A stretch of 63,996 nt of DNA, counting the filler, from Chrysochromulina tobinii (Eukaryota): the NCBI GenBank assembly GCA_001275005.1. It is 11 parts of 11 records of this genome, joined end to end, with 100 filler letters (N's around TTAATTAATTAA, not from the genome) between each part and the next. Parts side by side here need not be neighbours in the genome. Positions count along the whole stretch, not along the records: positions 24,194 to 34,652 come from JWZX01000156.1; positions 34,753 to 53,921 come from JWZX01000157.1; 9 more parts are not named here. One strand, written 5' to 3'. Below the pieces are notes generated by a model that worked only from the letters and a program-made list of their open reading frames with translations, was not told the origin of the DNA and searched no databases. This document shows positions 33,124-44,149 of this stretch, piece by piece. Within the stretch, counting starts at the first letter, position 1. Each line of letters opens with the position of its first letter. The translations under genes were made by a program, and so were the position numbers.

Positions 33124-34652
33124 TCACGTCGACGCAAAAGTGGTGCTGGCACGGACCCCCGTGCGGGGGGGGGGACGCAGCGAAGAATCGGCTTGCGGAA
33201 GGCACCTACGAAGGCGTCCTTGTAGCACCCTAACCGCGTTGACCTTCAGCGACTCCGCGATCGCCTTGGTATCGTCGTCGCCGATGTTGATCCAATCAAG
33301 GCGCAACTCGGTCAGGACCGCCGTGCCCGACTTGAGGGCCTCGGCGATGGCTTTGGCACCCTCGTCCCCGATCTGGTTGTCGTTGAGGAACAGGGTGGTC
33401 AACACCGCATTGACCTTCAGTGCCTCCGCGATCGCGATGGCTCCTTCATTCCCGATTCTGTTACCGCTCAACTCGAGCTTGGTCAGGACCACGTTGACCT
33501 TCAGCGCCTCCGCGATCGCCTTGGCACCTTCATCCCCAATGTTGTTGCTTCTGAGGAAGAGGGCGGTCACTACCGCCATGAACTTCAGGTCTGACCCGAT
33601 CAAGATGGCGTCGGCGGGTTGGAGGTTCTGGCTATCGAACTTGGCCTCCGTCTGGTCGCGCTTCATGCCCGAGAGCATGATGCCGTTCTCCGTACCCATC
33701 TTGGCGAGCATTGTGGCAGACTCGATGTCTATGCTGTTCTTGAGCAGGCTGCAGTTTTTGAGCTCCGTGGTCTTCATCATGGCCACCAGCACACGCCGCA
33801 CCGTCGGCCGGTCGCCGCCGAGCTTCTGCGAGAGGTCGAGCGTGTCGCCCGTCACCCCGGCCGCGCGCAGCAACCCGCGGCCGAAGCGGTCGCCCGGAAT
33901 CTCGGCACCGAGCTTCACCGCGTTTGCCCACCACGCGGGCCACTGCCACGGTGGCGTGCCCGAGAGCTCGGTGCCCTCGTCGCAGAGCGCGATCGCAGCA
34001 AAGTACTCTTGGAAGGAGAGGTGCGACGACTGCAGCTGCAGCGGCTCGGACTGCCATAGGCTGAGCAGCGGCAGTGCGTCGACAAGCACGCGCTCGCGCA
34101 CCGTGCGCAGCGCCTCGCGCAGCGCCACCGACAGGCGCATCTCGCACTCCGCGCGCACGGCGGGCGCGCTCGCATCCATCGCGCGCTGGAGCGCGGCCAC
34201 CTCGCCTACGAGGCCCGAGGAGCGTAGCTCGTTGGGCTTGAGCCAGCCACTCACCGTGCCGTTGGCAAAGGCGACCTGGTAGTACTCGTGCCTGGACTCG
34301 TGGTCGGTCGTGATCACGCCGCGCCTGCCCTTGTGCTCGCCCTCCTTCGTCACCTCGACGTAGTGACCCATCTCGGCGTGGCCGCCAAAGGGCTCGAAGG
34401 GCATCTTCGCCGCCTCGGACCGGATCTTTGCGAGCACCTCGGGCGCCTCCAGGCCGAGCGCTGCCTCGTCAAGCTGCCGGTCCTCAATGAGGCGGCGCTG
34501 CAGGACATGCGCCTCGAAAAAGATGCGCTGCAGCAGCCGCGTGAGCTCAGGCGTTGCGACGCCCCCGCGCGCGAGCATCGCGTCCGACGCGGTCGCGTAC
34601 AGCTCGGCTACCGTCGCGGGCATGCCCACGCCCTGCCGCAGCTCGTACACGG
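33124..34652 (-). CDS. NLR-like protein, C-terminal part (NACHT helical/winged-helix region + RI-type LRRs); 5' truncated
   Basis: SHLSFQEYFAA winged-helix motif; 28-aa LRRs L..N.IGDEGAKAIAEALKVN; the last residues may be intronic. Confidence 0.8.
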
Positions 34653-34752
34653 NNNNNNNNNNNNNNNNNNNNNNNNNNNNNNNNNNNNNNNNNNNNTTAA
34701 TTAATTAANNNNNNNNNNNNNNNNNNNNNNNNNNNNNNNNNNNNNNNNNNNN
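34653..34752. other. Artificial contig linker
   Basis: 44 N + TTAATTAATTAA + 44 N. Confidence 0.99.
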
Positions 34753-35076
34753 GGCCGGCGGCGCGGGCCCGTCGTTGCTTCCAATTTTATTCCAATCGCC
34801 GACACACACTGCACCTCACGCAGGCGTCCCCAGCCGCATGGGCCACTAAGATGCTGGAGCAAGAGAACAGCCTTCAGATGAGCAACAGCCGGTCGCTCTC
34901 CTAGAGAGGAACGCGCGATACACCCTGAGCCCGCGCGCCGCATCGCACACCCTTCTTTCACCCCTTTCTTTCGTCTCCCTGTAGAGTACATCGCGCGCGC
35001 GGCCACCCCGCGCCGGCTCAGCCGCTGAGAAAGAGAGACAGAGAGAGGACGCGATTCCTCCATCGGCTACGCTGAC

Positions 35077-36198
35077 TCAGTCGCCCGGCATGCCCTTCTT
35101 ATTCGCCTTGCGCTGGGCGCGGCCGCGGTTAATCGCCTGCATCTTGACCGCCGCCTCCTCCTGCTCCTTCTTCTCCATGCGCTCCTGCGCCATCTTCTTC
35201 TCCATCTTGACGCGTTTGGCCGCCTGCTTGCGCTCTTGCGCCTCCTTGCGCGCTGCGCGCCCCTTGATATGGCTTTGCAGCTTGATCGCCGCTTCGTCCT
35301 CATCAAGCATGTTCATCTCGAGTTGCTTCTTGCTCACGCGGCCGGCGTCGGAGATGATCAGATCACTCTTGGGACGCTCGTTGAGCACGTCGATCGACTC
35401 GATGAACGAGAGCAGCTTAAAGCCGTCGATCAGCCTGCCGAATGCGACGTACTTTTTGTCGAAGCCCTTGTTCGGTGCGAATGTCACGTAGAACTGCGAC
35501 TGTGCCGTGTGCGGACCGTCATTGCACATGCCGAGAATGCCGGCCTCGCTGTGCTCGACATGAAAGCTCTCGTCGGCCAGTGGCGCGCCCGACGCGCTCG
35601 CGCCGCCGTCGCCTTTCCCCGACTTGACGTCGCCACCCTGCATCCAGCCGCCCTTCTTCATGCGATGGATCGGTGTGCCCACATACCCCACGCCACCCTC
35701 GACGCCCTCACACAGCGCGAGGAAGTTTGCGACCGTCTTGGGCGCGACGTCGGGAAAGAGCTCGAACACAAGGCGGCCGATCACGTTACCGCCGTACGAC
35801 ATCTCCATGAAGCCAAATGTGAGGCCCGAGTCGCACAGCAGATCCATGTACGCCGTCTGCGCGACCACGTCCCAGCTCATCCTTACGTTCAGCGCCCCCC
35901 CGGCGTCGTAGATGCCATGGCGCTCCAGCCACGTGATGAGCTTCATTTCGTCGCCGATGAAGCCCACGGTTGCGGAGTAGACAACGACGCCCGATGTGTG
36001 CAGGAAGGCGGGGCCGCCGTGCTTCACCCGCAGCTCCAGCAGCAGCTTGTCGTAGTCGGCAGGCAGCAGCGGCGTGCACGTAGCACTCGCCGAGGCAGAG
36101 CAGCCTTGTGCGACAGCCTTGGCCTTGTGGTACTCGGGCGCGTTGATGCGGCCTGCGACGGTGAAGGGCGCTACGAGCAGGTCCTTCAGCGACGGCAT
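35077..36198 (-). CDS. PPIL6: Cyclophilin-like PPIL6 (radial-spoke type) with two C-terminal IQ motifs
   Basis: GRLVFELFPDVAPKTVANFLALC, MQGGD, DESF.VEH..GILGM.N.GPHT..SQFYVT, YVAFGRLIDG; PPIL6-like N-terminal extension; AAIKLQSHIKG and AAVKMQAINRG. Confidence 0.75.
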   Translation of the reverse strand: MPSLKDLLVAPFTVAGRINAPEYHKAKAVAQGCSASASATCTPLLPADYDKLLLELRVKHGGPAFLHTSGVVVYSATVGFIGDEMKLITWLERHGIYDAGGALNVRMSWDVVAQTAYMDLLCDSGLTFGFMEMSYGGNVIGRLVFELFPDVAPKTVANFLALCEGVEGGVGYVGTPIHRMKKGGWMQGGDVKSGKGDGGASASGAPLADESFHVEHSEAGILGMCNDGPHTAQSQFYVTFAPNKGFDKKYVAFGRLIDGFKLLSFIESIDVLNERPKSDLIISDAGRVSKKQLEMNMLDEDEAAIKLQSHIKGRAARKEAQERKQAAKRVKMEKKMAQERMEKKEQEEAAVKMQAINRGRAQRKANKKGMPGD

Positions 36199-36391
36199 TC
36201 AGGAGGCTCGCAACGAACGAGAGCTCGACACAGCGTTTTTTTGGAAGGGCCCTGAGAAACCTCGTTTCGGCGAAGTTTGGAAGTTTGGAAGTTTAGGTTA
36301 GCTACTGGACATGACGTGTGTCGGCAAACTGTACCGTTAGTCGTCCGTCCTTGGTGTGGGTTCATCCCGGCCTCCGAAGAGAGAGGAGGCG

Positions 36392-36700
36392 ATGGAGGCC
36401 TCGACCATATGGGACGCTCTGACCGGCGACTTTGGCAGCGGCGAAAGCGGCAGCGGCATGCCCATGCCACCGTCCTTGCCGCCTCCTCCCTCGCCGCTAC
36501 CTCCTCCCTCATCGCCCGACCCCGCCTTCTTCGAACTCGGGATCACGACATCCGTCTTCTTCGGGATGCTGGTCCTGTTCGCTGGTGGCGTCTGGCTGCA
36601 GGGCGGGCTGAGGCGGCGGCGCATGCGGCAGCAGCAGCAGGCTGACGCAGAGGTTTTGCTTGCGTCCACGACGAACTACGCCCCGCATCAGGACTTTTAG
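36392..36700 (+). CDS. Small single-pass membrane protein
   Basis: Pro-rich segment, TM LGITTSVFFGMLVLFAGGVWL, then RRRR stop-transfer. Confidence 0.5.
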   Translation: MEASTIWDALTGDFGSGESGSGMPMPPSLPPPPSPLPPPSSPDPAFFELGITTSVFFGMLVLFAGGVWLQGGLRRRRMRQQQQADAEVLLASTTNYAPHQDF

Positions 36701-37334
36701 CTGGCCAAGGCCTACGCCCATGCCTAGCTGGCCCATGCCGTGCAAGGCAGAGGTTGAAACGCACCGGCTGCGGTGGTGGTTTCTCGGGTTTGGGCGCTCG
36801 CTCTTTCCTCTTCTTCTACTCTGGCAGCGGCTTTGCGGCAGCGACGGCAGTTTCAAACACCGTAAGGCTTCCGTCTTCAGTTGGCGCTTTCCCGTGCGCG
36901 ATGCGAGGCCACCGTCTGTGATACGAGCAAGCAGGCCCTCTCGCGCCTTCTGTGCGGATGCGCGCACCATGCACGAAAGGCGGCGCACCGAAATCCGCTG
37001 TGCGGGCGGCCGGCGCGACGGTGGCCAGATCGGCGGCCCCAAAGAGCCCTACCACAGGCGCAGGACGGACCCACAGTTTCGTCTATGTCCTTACTAATTG
37101 GCAATATGAACTGCCCACCTGGGGTAATTTGACAATGTGTGTTGTTTCACACGTACGTCGTACTGTAAAGGAGGGCATCGACTCTCTCGTCACAAACCCG
37201 CGCAGCACCCGCCACACGCTCGTCCGCGCGCCAAGACGGAAGACGGTCTAGAAGACGGCCCGACCCGCGCCATCAACGGCAGCAGCAGCACTGAGCACAG
37301 CTCTGCCGCACCTTCAGCTGCTGTTGCTCTCAAC

Positions 37335-39286
37335 TCACACGTGGCAGCCCATGGCGCGGTAAAAGGTAAGCACATCCGGGTGGGCTTTGACGACACTCTG
37401 TGTGATGCTACCGCCACGCACCCACAGCCCCGCGAGGCTCGTCACGCGGGAGAGAGCCACGTACCTTGAGGGGGGAAGGTGAGGGGGGTGAACGGAAGGG
37501 AGGAGAGCACGGGGTGCTGAGGAGAGGAGTGGAGGAAGAATGCTACATACACTTGGCCGTAGTCGAAGGCATCGTGCAGCATCAGCTCTGCGCGTGAGAG
37601 CGACATCCCTTGAGATTTGTGCACCGTGAGCGCCCAGGCGAGCTTGAGCGGCAGTTGGATGCGCACGAGCGCGCCACCCATGCCGCCTTGGAAAGTGGAG
37701 GTCGGTACGACGAGCAGCTCGATGCCATTGTCGAAGCGCACTAGAGGGACGGTGTATTCACCTGGCGGCACGCCGTAACCGTCGCAGTAATGCCCGCCGA
37801 CGAATTGCTGGACGATGCCGCGGCTGCCGTTTACGAGGCCCTTTTCGGGCATGTTTCTCGTGAGGAGGACCTGGGCGCCCAGCTTGAGCTGCAGCTGGCC
37901 GACGGCTTTCTTCTCGATGAGCTCGAGAAGCCTCTGCTGGCTCTCTGCCTCGGGCGCCCCGCGGAAGGTGTCTTGGGCCGGAAAGACGAGCGCCACGCCG
38001 GGGAGCGCGGCGAGGTGAGTGGTGTTCTCCTCGTCGACGTTTGCATTCTTGCAGTAGAGTTTCGTCGGCATGATGCCGTCTTGCGGCGGCGGCTTGAGCT
38101 GCACGTGGCACGCGGCGAGCGCGGCCGTCGTCGCGGCCGCGCACAGACCGAGACGAATCGGCCCAAGCAGGTCGATGAACTGCACGTCACTCTGCTGACG
38201 GACGATCGTACGCAGCTCGACGGTTGTGATGGCTGCGGCACGCCATGCGGCCGACTGGAAGGCGAATCCGTGGCTGTAATTTCCGAGTGAGACGGGGGGC
38301 AGCCTGTCCACAGAAGAGCGAGCCGCCGCTGGTCAGAGAGCAGGTGGCGTGGGCATGCGATGCGCACATGGGCGGCTCGTGGGCAAGGAACGCCGAGAAC
38401 GCGGGGCCGAAAGTGGGGCCGAGCGCGCGGTGCCAAGAGCCCGGGGCCGAGAGCGCGGGCTCATCGGTTCGAGGCGCAGCAGCCCCCACTGGAAGAAGTC
38501 GCCGCAGAGGATCAGCTGCAACCCACCGAATGGCCGGTGTGTGCCGTCGGGACACACAGCGCGACCTATCGCGTCGAGCGCGTCAAAGAGGTGGGAGTCC
38601 AGCATGCTCACCTCATCGATGAGCAGGGCATGCGCGCGACTCCAGCGCTGGCACGCCGTCGCATTCGAGGTGACTTTGTCAACGAGTTTGGAGATGGTTC
38701 CCTTGCCGAGGCCGAAGCCCGCCCATGAGTGGATCGTGACGCCTTGCACGTGTGACGCAGCTATGCCAGTCGGGGCCGTCACGGCAACGCCGCCCGGATG
38801 CCGGGCTTCGAGCTGCTGTATGATGTACCGTAACAGAAAGGACTTACCGGTGCCTGCCGCGCCGGTGAGAAAGCAGTTCTCGCCACCGAGGACGCGATCC
38901 GCCGCCAAGCGTTGCTCATCGTTCAGGGCAGTCCGCGGGATGGTGACCGAGGGCGGCGCTGGTAGCGGGTTCGTCGGAGGTTGGGCGCTCGCACCCCCAA
39001 ACGCGGCGGGGAGCTTGCGCTTCACGCTGATGGATCGCATCTCGGGCACGGCACCCATGCTTGACCCCGATGCGGGTGCGGGCGTCGCGCAGACGATGCG
39101 AATGATCTCGTCGCCGAATTTCTGTATCTTCGCTGGTCCGAAGCCTGGCACATTGCGCAAGTCGCCGAGAGACTGCGGCCTGGCGGCGACGAGGGCATCA
39201 AGCTCCTTGTTCGAGAACACGCAGTAGGCTGGCTGGCCTAGCTCCGAAGCAGTCTTGGTGCGAAAGGCACGGAGCAGGGCCTCCAT
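37335..39286 (-). CDS. PIF1: PIF1-family 5'-3' DNA helicase with an N-terminal HRDC domain; introns 38304-38489 and 37465-37550
   Basis: TGAAGTGKS, APTGIAA, LIDEVSM; splicing restores GDFFQLPPV and GQVYVALSR; LKLGAQVLL..N..LVNGSRG, QLPLKLAWALTVHKSQG; HRDC PAYCVFSNKEL..RPQS..L..VPGFGPAKIQKFG. Confidence 0.9.
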
Positions 39287-39940
39287 TGAAACCTGGTACG
39301 ACCCGTGGAGACGAACATTGGAGGGAAAGAGGAGCACGCTTGCTTTCTATCCTGAACTTCGAAGCTTGTGGGCGGTCACATCGTGCGTGGCGACCAGGAG
39401 TGCCATGGAGTGCAAGCGTGTAGGGTGTCATCATTGACACGTTTATACATTGTATGCCACTAAATGGACCTGTCGGCCAGTTGAACGACCGCATGAACGG
39501 TAACAGTCATACAGTCTGAATGCGACCAGGCCTCGAGCACATCACGACATCACAATCACAACTCTTGTCACAACTCTACGACGAAAACAAGGGCACCCGC
39601 CTGCAAAAAAAGTGCACCCGCCCGACTGGGGCGCGCGCGGTGCGGGGACGTTCACACCTTTCGACCTCGAGCGCATGCTGACCTCTGCCATTCTGCCAAG
39701 CCAGAAAGCAACACACCTTTTACATCGATGATTGATCATTGAGGAAGCTACTTTTCATGCGAGAGATGATCAAGTCGGGCGCGGCGCCGCCGCCACCGAC
39801 GAAGAGCCCTTATTCCCCCACGGCGCCTGAAGAGCCTCATTGGGTATGTGAAGAGACTGAGGTCCTGAGCCCTCAGAGATTGCGTAGGGCATTGACGAGG
39901 AGCTCAAGCTCGCGGTAGTCAAAGCCATGCAAGTGACACA

Positions 39941-42715
39941 TCATCCTGTGGAGAGCGCCTCACGCGTCTCGAAGTGAGCGTCGGCGAGCTTGGAGAGGAT
40001 GGTCGAGAGTCCGCCCGTTAGGCCCTTGCCTATGCACAAGTTGGCGCCCGCCTGGAGGTACTCGTATTCGTCCTTGGGCTCGTCGTTCGCCGAGCAGATA
40101 GCGACCGTGCCACGGAAGCCGCGCCTGCGCAACTCGCAACAAAGCTCGGTGCCTTGTAGCACACCCTCGGTGGCGCACTCATGGTACTGGTCGATGTTCT
40201 GGTCCAGGAGGACGATCATGCGCTCGTCGCCGTGCGCCGCAGAGAGCTCCATCACGCGCGCGAGGCACGTGCGCGCCTCCTCGTACGTCTCGCCCAGGAT
40301 GAGCGACGCCTCCCTGTTGGCCTTCGCCGCCCTGAGGACTGCGTCCGCGTAGATCCGAGGCATGTCGTCGTCGTCCAGCCACACGAAGACCAAGCCCGTG
40401 GGCAGCACGCGCGACTCGGCAGTGGACGCATCGTGCTCGACCAGCACCACGTCGAGCGTGATCGAGAAGGCCACCTCGTGCGCGCCGATAGCTAGGCTTG
40501 TGAGCGCGGGCGGGTCGAAGGCTTGCGCGTCTCGCAGGATGGCGCCTAGACCGAGGTATGTCGAGTCCACAGTGCCCACAGCTATCTTACTGAGCTCGCG
40601 CGAGGGCTTGCACAGCTCCGAGCTATTCACTCTGATTTTTGCACTCTGATCCTTGGACGGAGCGCTGCCCTCGCCAGCACGGATGGCGAGCAAATCAGCA
40701 TTGCCCTTGGACTGCGTAAAGGCGATGAGCTTTGCGTGGTTGACGCCCGGGGCGTTGCGGATGGTGACTGTGAGGCAGGAAGGGCTGCCATCTCTCAGCA
40801 CGGCGCCCAGGTGAACAGTGCCAACCTGGTCGCCGTGCACGAGCGCGTTCTGTGACGCGTTGAACAGGATGTTTGTGAGCAGCGCCTTGTCGGCACGCAT
40901 GCTGCGCGTGTCGGCTGCGTCGATCACAACACGCGACGCGGCGCTCAGCCCGAGGTGCTCGAAGAGCTGCTCCAGGGTGAACTCCTCGCGCACTGGATGG
41001 TACTCGCCGTTGATAATCGACGTTTGCAGCAGTACGCTCTTGCACATGTGGAAACCTGCGATGGACTCGGCAAGGGTGCGCCGCAGCCGCTCGAGCAGCA
41101 CGCTGCGTGTCGCGTCGTCGGTCTCGCTCAGCGTGAACGACGAGAGCTGCTTCAGAGCAAGCTCGCACATGAGGGAGGTGTTGCTCATCACTCTCTTGGA
41201 GGTGTGGTTGATCACGCGGTTGCCTTGGCTCTCGGCCTCGGCCTGCGTTAACGCGTGCGCCTTGACCGATGCCACGAGCTTCGCCATCTCCTCGTCACAT
41301 TCCACCTGCGTCTCGGCGTGCGCCTTGACCGATGCCACGAGCTTCCTCGTCTCCTCGTCACATTCCATCTGCGTCTCGGCGTGCGCCTTGACCGATGCCA
41401 CGAGCTTCCTCGTCTCCTCGTCACATTCCACCTGCGTCTCGGCGTGCGCCTTGACTGATGCCGATAGCTTCACCTTCTCCCCGTCACATGCCGCCTGCGT
41501 CTCGGCGTGCGCTTTGACGGATGCCAAGAGCTTTGCCTTCTCCCCGTCACATTCCGCCTGCGTCCCGGCGTGCGCTTTGACGGATGCCGAGAGCTTAGCC
41601 GTCTCCGCGTCACATGCGGCCTGCGTCCCGGCGTGCGCCTTGACGGATGCTGAGAGCTTCGCCGTCTCCGCGTCACATGACGCCTGCGTCTCTGCGTGCG
41701 CCTTGACGGATGCTGAGAGCTTCGCCGTCTCCCCGTCACATTCCGCCTGCGTCCCAGCGTGCGCTTTGACGGATGCCGAGAGCTTCGCCTTCTCCCCGTC
41801 ACATGCCGCCTGCGTCACAGCGTGCGCTTTGACGGATGCCGAGAGCTTAGCCGTTTCAGCGTCACATGCGGCCTGCGTCCCGGCGTGCGCCTTGACGGAT
41901 GCTGAGAGCTTCGCCTTCTCTCCGTCACATGCCGCCTGCGAAGTTGCAAGTTCTTTGTGCTGATCGTCGCACTCAGTCTGCATGCTATGAAGCTGCCGAC
42001 GAAGGCAGCTTGATCCCTTGTGCTCTGGCAGAAGTGAGCCGCACCGCTTCTCGCGATCCAGCGCATCCCGGGATCGGAATCGGCTGCGTACTGTCCCGGA
42101 CACTGACTTGCCCCCTAGGAGCTCGTCTTGCTCGGCGGCGACAGCATCGCCATCGTCTTGACCTGCGTCAGAACACGCCACGTATGGGCAGAGGCGCGTG
42201 TGAAACACGGCCGCACCCGACATCATCAGCAGCAGCACGCCAACAAACTGCTTTGCCGGTTCCGCATCCAGGTAGTACCCTGCGATGACGGCGTGCATGG
42301 CGAGGATCGTGCATATCACGCTCAAGTCGAGTGCAGCCCGCTTCGGATTGAGCGGAAGAATCAAGTGCAATGTGATGCCTAGAGCGATGCTGTTGGCGGC
42401 CGTGCCAACACTATTGTGGCGTTCGGCCCAGGATAGGAGGCAGAAGTGGGCCGTGCACAGCAGCGGCCACATCGCCGTGTAGAGTGTAGATAGCACAAAC
42501 GTGCGGTGTCGACGGTACCAGCGCGGATGCTCGCACACGACGAACAGCACGCAAGCGCTCCCCGCCACCAGCAAACCTCGTCCGGCGAAGGCAGTGGTGG
42601 ACGAAGTGGCGGGAAAGGCCTGACTGTCAAACCATCCGGCAGGCAGCGCGATAGCATTCAGTACGAAGAAGGCAAAGATGGCGCTCCGGTCGGCCGATAG
42701 GTGCGCGTCGTCCAT
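39941..42715 (-). CDS. Membrane hybrid histidine-kinase-like protein (TMs, repeat coiled coil, divergent HisKA/HATPase, receiver domain)
   Basis: About 5-6 TM segments; VINHTSK H-box-like; NILFNASQNALVHG N-box; LGLG G2-like; receiver WLDDD..LLDQN..GTELC.ELR..ICSAN..GA..CIGK. Confidence 0.75.
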   Translation of the reverse strand: MDDAHLSADRSAIFAFFVLNAIALPAGWFDSQAFPATSSTTAFAGRGLLVAGSACVLFVVCEHPRWYRRHRTFVLSTLYTAMWPLLCTAHFCLLSWAERHNSVGTAANSIALGITLHLILPLNPKRAALDLSVICTILAMHAVIAGYYLDAEPAKQFVGVLLLMMSGAAVFHTRLCPYVACSDAGQDDGDAVAAEQDELLGGKSVSGTVRSRFRSRDALDREKRCGSLLPEHKGSSCLRRQLHSMQTECDDQHKELATSQAACDGEKAKLSASVKAHAGTQAACDAETAKLSASVKAHAVTQAACDGEKAKLSASVKAHAGTQAECDGETAKLSASVKAHAETQASCDAETAKLSASVKAHAGTQAACDAETAKLSASVKAHAGTQAECDGEKAKLLASVKAHAETQAACDGEKVKLSASVKAHAETQVECDEETRKLVASVKAHAETQMECDEETRKLVASVKAHAETQVECDEEMAKLVASVKAHALTQAEAESQGNRVINHTSKRVMSNTSLMCELALKQLSSFTLSETDDATRSVLLERLRRTLAESIAGFHMCKSVLLQTSIINGEYHPVREEFTLEQLFEHLGLSAASRVVIDAADTRSMRADKALLTNILFNASQNALVHGDQVGTVHLGAVLRDGSPSCLTVTIRNAPGVNHAKLIAFTQSKGNADLLAIRAGEGSAPSKDQSAKIRVNSSELCKPSRELSKIAVGTVDSTYLGLGAILRDAQAFDPPALTSLAIGAHEVAFSITLDVVLVEHDASTAESRVLPTGLVFVWLDDDDMPRIYADAVLRAAKANREASLILGETYEEARTCLARVMELSAAHGDERMIVLLDQNIDQYHECATEGVLQGTELCCELRRRGFRGTVAICSANDEPKDEYEYLQAGANLCIGKGLTGGLSTILSKLADAHFETREALSTG
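41249..41941 (-). repeat. Eleven 63-bp (21-aa) coding tandem repeats
   Basis: TQAACDGEKAKLSASVKAHAG-type unit, counted 11 times in the translation. Confidence 0.92.
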
Positions 42716-42884
42716 CGGCCCGTCTGGCACTCCGTCTGGCGCGTTCTGGAGCCACACGCCCCACGGCGACGTCGCATGTGACGTTGATTTTTATTCCGCG
42801 AAATTGTGGCCGGCCAATACTCCAGAAAATACCCATGAGGAATCCGGATGCGGGGTAAAAGACCATGAATAAAGTCACCGCGTG

Positions 42885-43961
42885 CTACACAGGGAACGCA
42901 GCTCGCATCGCCTCCATGTAAGCCTCCTCTGTGGCCAGCGCTTCTCCGCCGTCTAACCGGTCCAGCACCTTCTGCACACGGCGATTTGCCGCGGCGTCAC
43001 CCCACCCACCGAGGCCGATCTCGCAGAATCGCCGCCAGTCGCAGAGCGCCAGCTCGAGCGCCGTATTGAGCGCATCGAGCGACGGCGGAGTATCGCCTTG
43101 CGCGATTAGCAGCTTTGCGAGGGTCGTGTGATAGTGAGCCAGCAGGGCTGCCTCGTCGTCGTGCCCCGCTTCGACGTTGAAAAAGTAGGCGAGGTCCTTG
43201 GCCACCGCCGCCTTGCCGCAGTATTGGAAATCGTACACCAACGGCACCACCTCACCAGCCCTGCCGGTGGCGTATACGATGTTAGCGCCCTTGGCGTCGC
43301 CGTGGCACACGGACTGCATGGGGTCCTGCTTGAGGCGCGCGTCGATGGCTCGTGCAGCGAGCTTGAGCCGACCCATCCAGCCGCCGCTGCTCATTCGTTG
43401 ATGCTCTTCGGGCCGCGTGTCTAGATGCCAGTAGCATCCTTGCCTTTGCAAGCCACCGTGGCGCCCCGTCGGATTGCATGCCTCATCAGCACGGGCGCCC
43501 CAGTACGTTGCGTGAAGCTTTGCGAGCCAGCTGAGAAATGCCCGGTAAGCGCCGGGTAGGCTGGAGTGGCCCTCAACTTCCGTCATGCAGATGGTGACAC
43601 CCGAGCCCCGCCGTGGCTCAACATGAAGCGGAAACGGAACTACAGCACCGGCGGCGATGAGCTGCTCGGCGTGACCCCTTGAATAAAAGGCTCCCTCCAC
43701 ATCGTAGCTGTCCTTCTTTCGCTGGTCTCCGATGCTATCGCAGACGGCTGGCAACTCGACACGCTTGGCGATAATGGAAAGCGGTGGGTGATCATGGCAC
43801 GTTATGGATAGTCTGAACACGCTGCCCATGCCCGCCCAGAGTGAAGCAATGCTCTTCGCCTTCACCTCGGCTATGCTCTGGGCCGTCAGCGGCGGCAAAC
43901 CTGCGGAGGCGAAGCGTGGCAGGCACCTCTCGACGAGTTCACGTGCCTCAACCGCGTCCAT
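42885..43961 (-). CDS. Ecdysteroid-kinase-like / APH-choline kinase family phosphotransferase
   Basis: SLWAGMG, SYDVE..FY, WLAKLHA, YWHLDTRPEE, HGDAKGAN, DFQYCG..KDLAYF. Confidence 0.85.
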   Translation of the reverse strand: MDAVEARELVERCLPRFASAGLPPLTAQSIAEVKAKSIASLWAGMGSVFRLSITCHDHPPLSIIAKRVELPAVCDSIGDQRKKDSYDVEGAFYSRGHAEQLIAAGAVVPFPLHVEPRRGSGVTICMTEVEGHSSLPGAYRAFLSWLAKLHATYWGARADEACNPTGRHGGLQRQGCYWHLDTRPEEHQRMSSGGWMGRLKLAARAIDARLKQDPMQSVCHGDAKGANIVYATGRAGEVVPLVYDFQYCGKAAVAKDLAYFFNVEAGHDDEAALLAHYHTTLAKLLIAQGDTPPSLDALNTALELALCDWRRFCEIGLGGWGDAAANRRVQKVLDRLDGGEALATEEAYMEAMRAAFPV

Positions 43962-44149
43962 TGATTGACGGAGCCAGGTGTGAATATTTGTACAATGATG
44001 ATGTGAACAGTTCGGATACTGCGCGGTCTGAAGGTCTGGACCCTTTTGTTATGAACACGTTATCCGCGCCGCCGGCCACGGAGCAGTGGTCGCTGAGATG
44101 GCGTGGGGGTTGAGGGTCGCATGCTCCGACCCCCACTCAGAGAGACGAC

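Noticed and set aside
32897..34282. Long antisense and alternate-frame ORFs (also 40818-41963, 35236-36255, 60216-61667, 45467-46591)
   Set aside because: Shadow ORFs expected from high GC and codon bias opposite real genes; no motifs
41249..41941. Periodic repeats resembling a CRISPR array
   Set aside because: No unique spacers; in-frame 63-bp coding repeat; no cas genes; eukaryotic context
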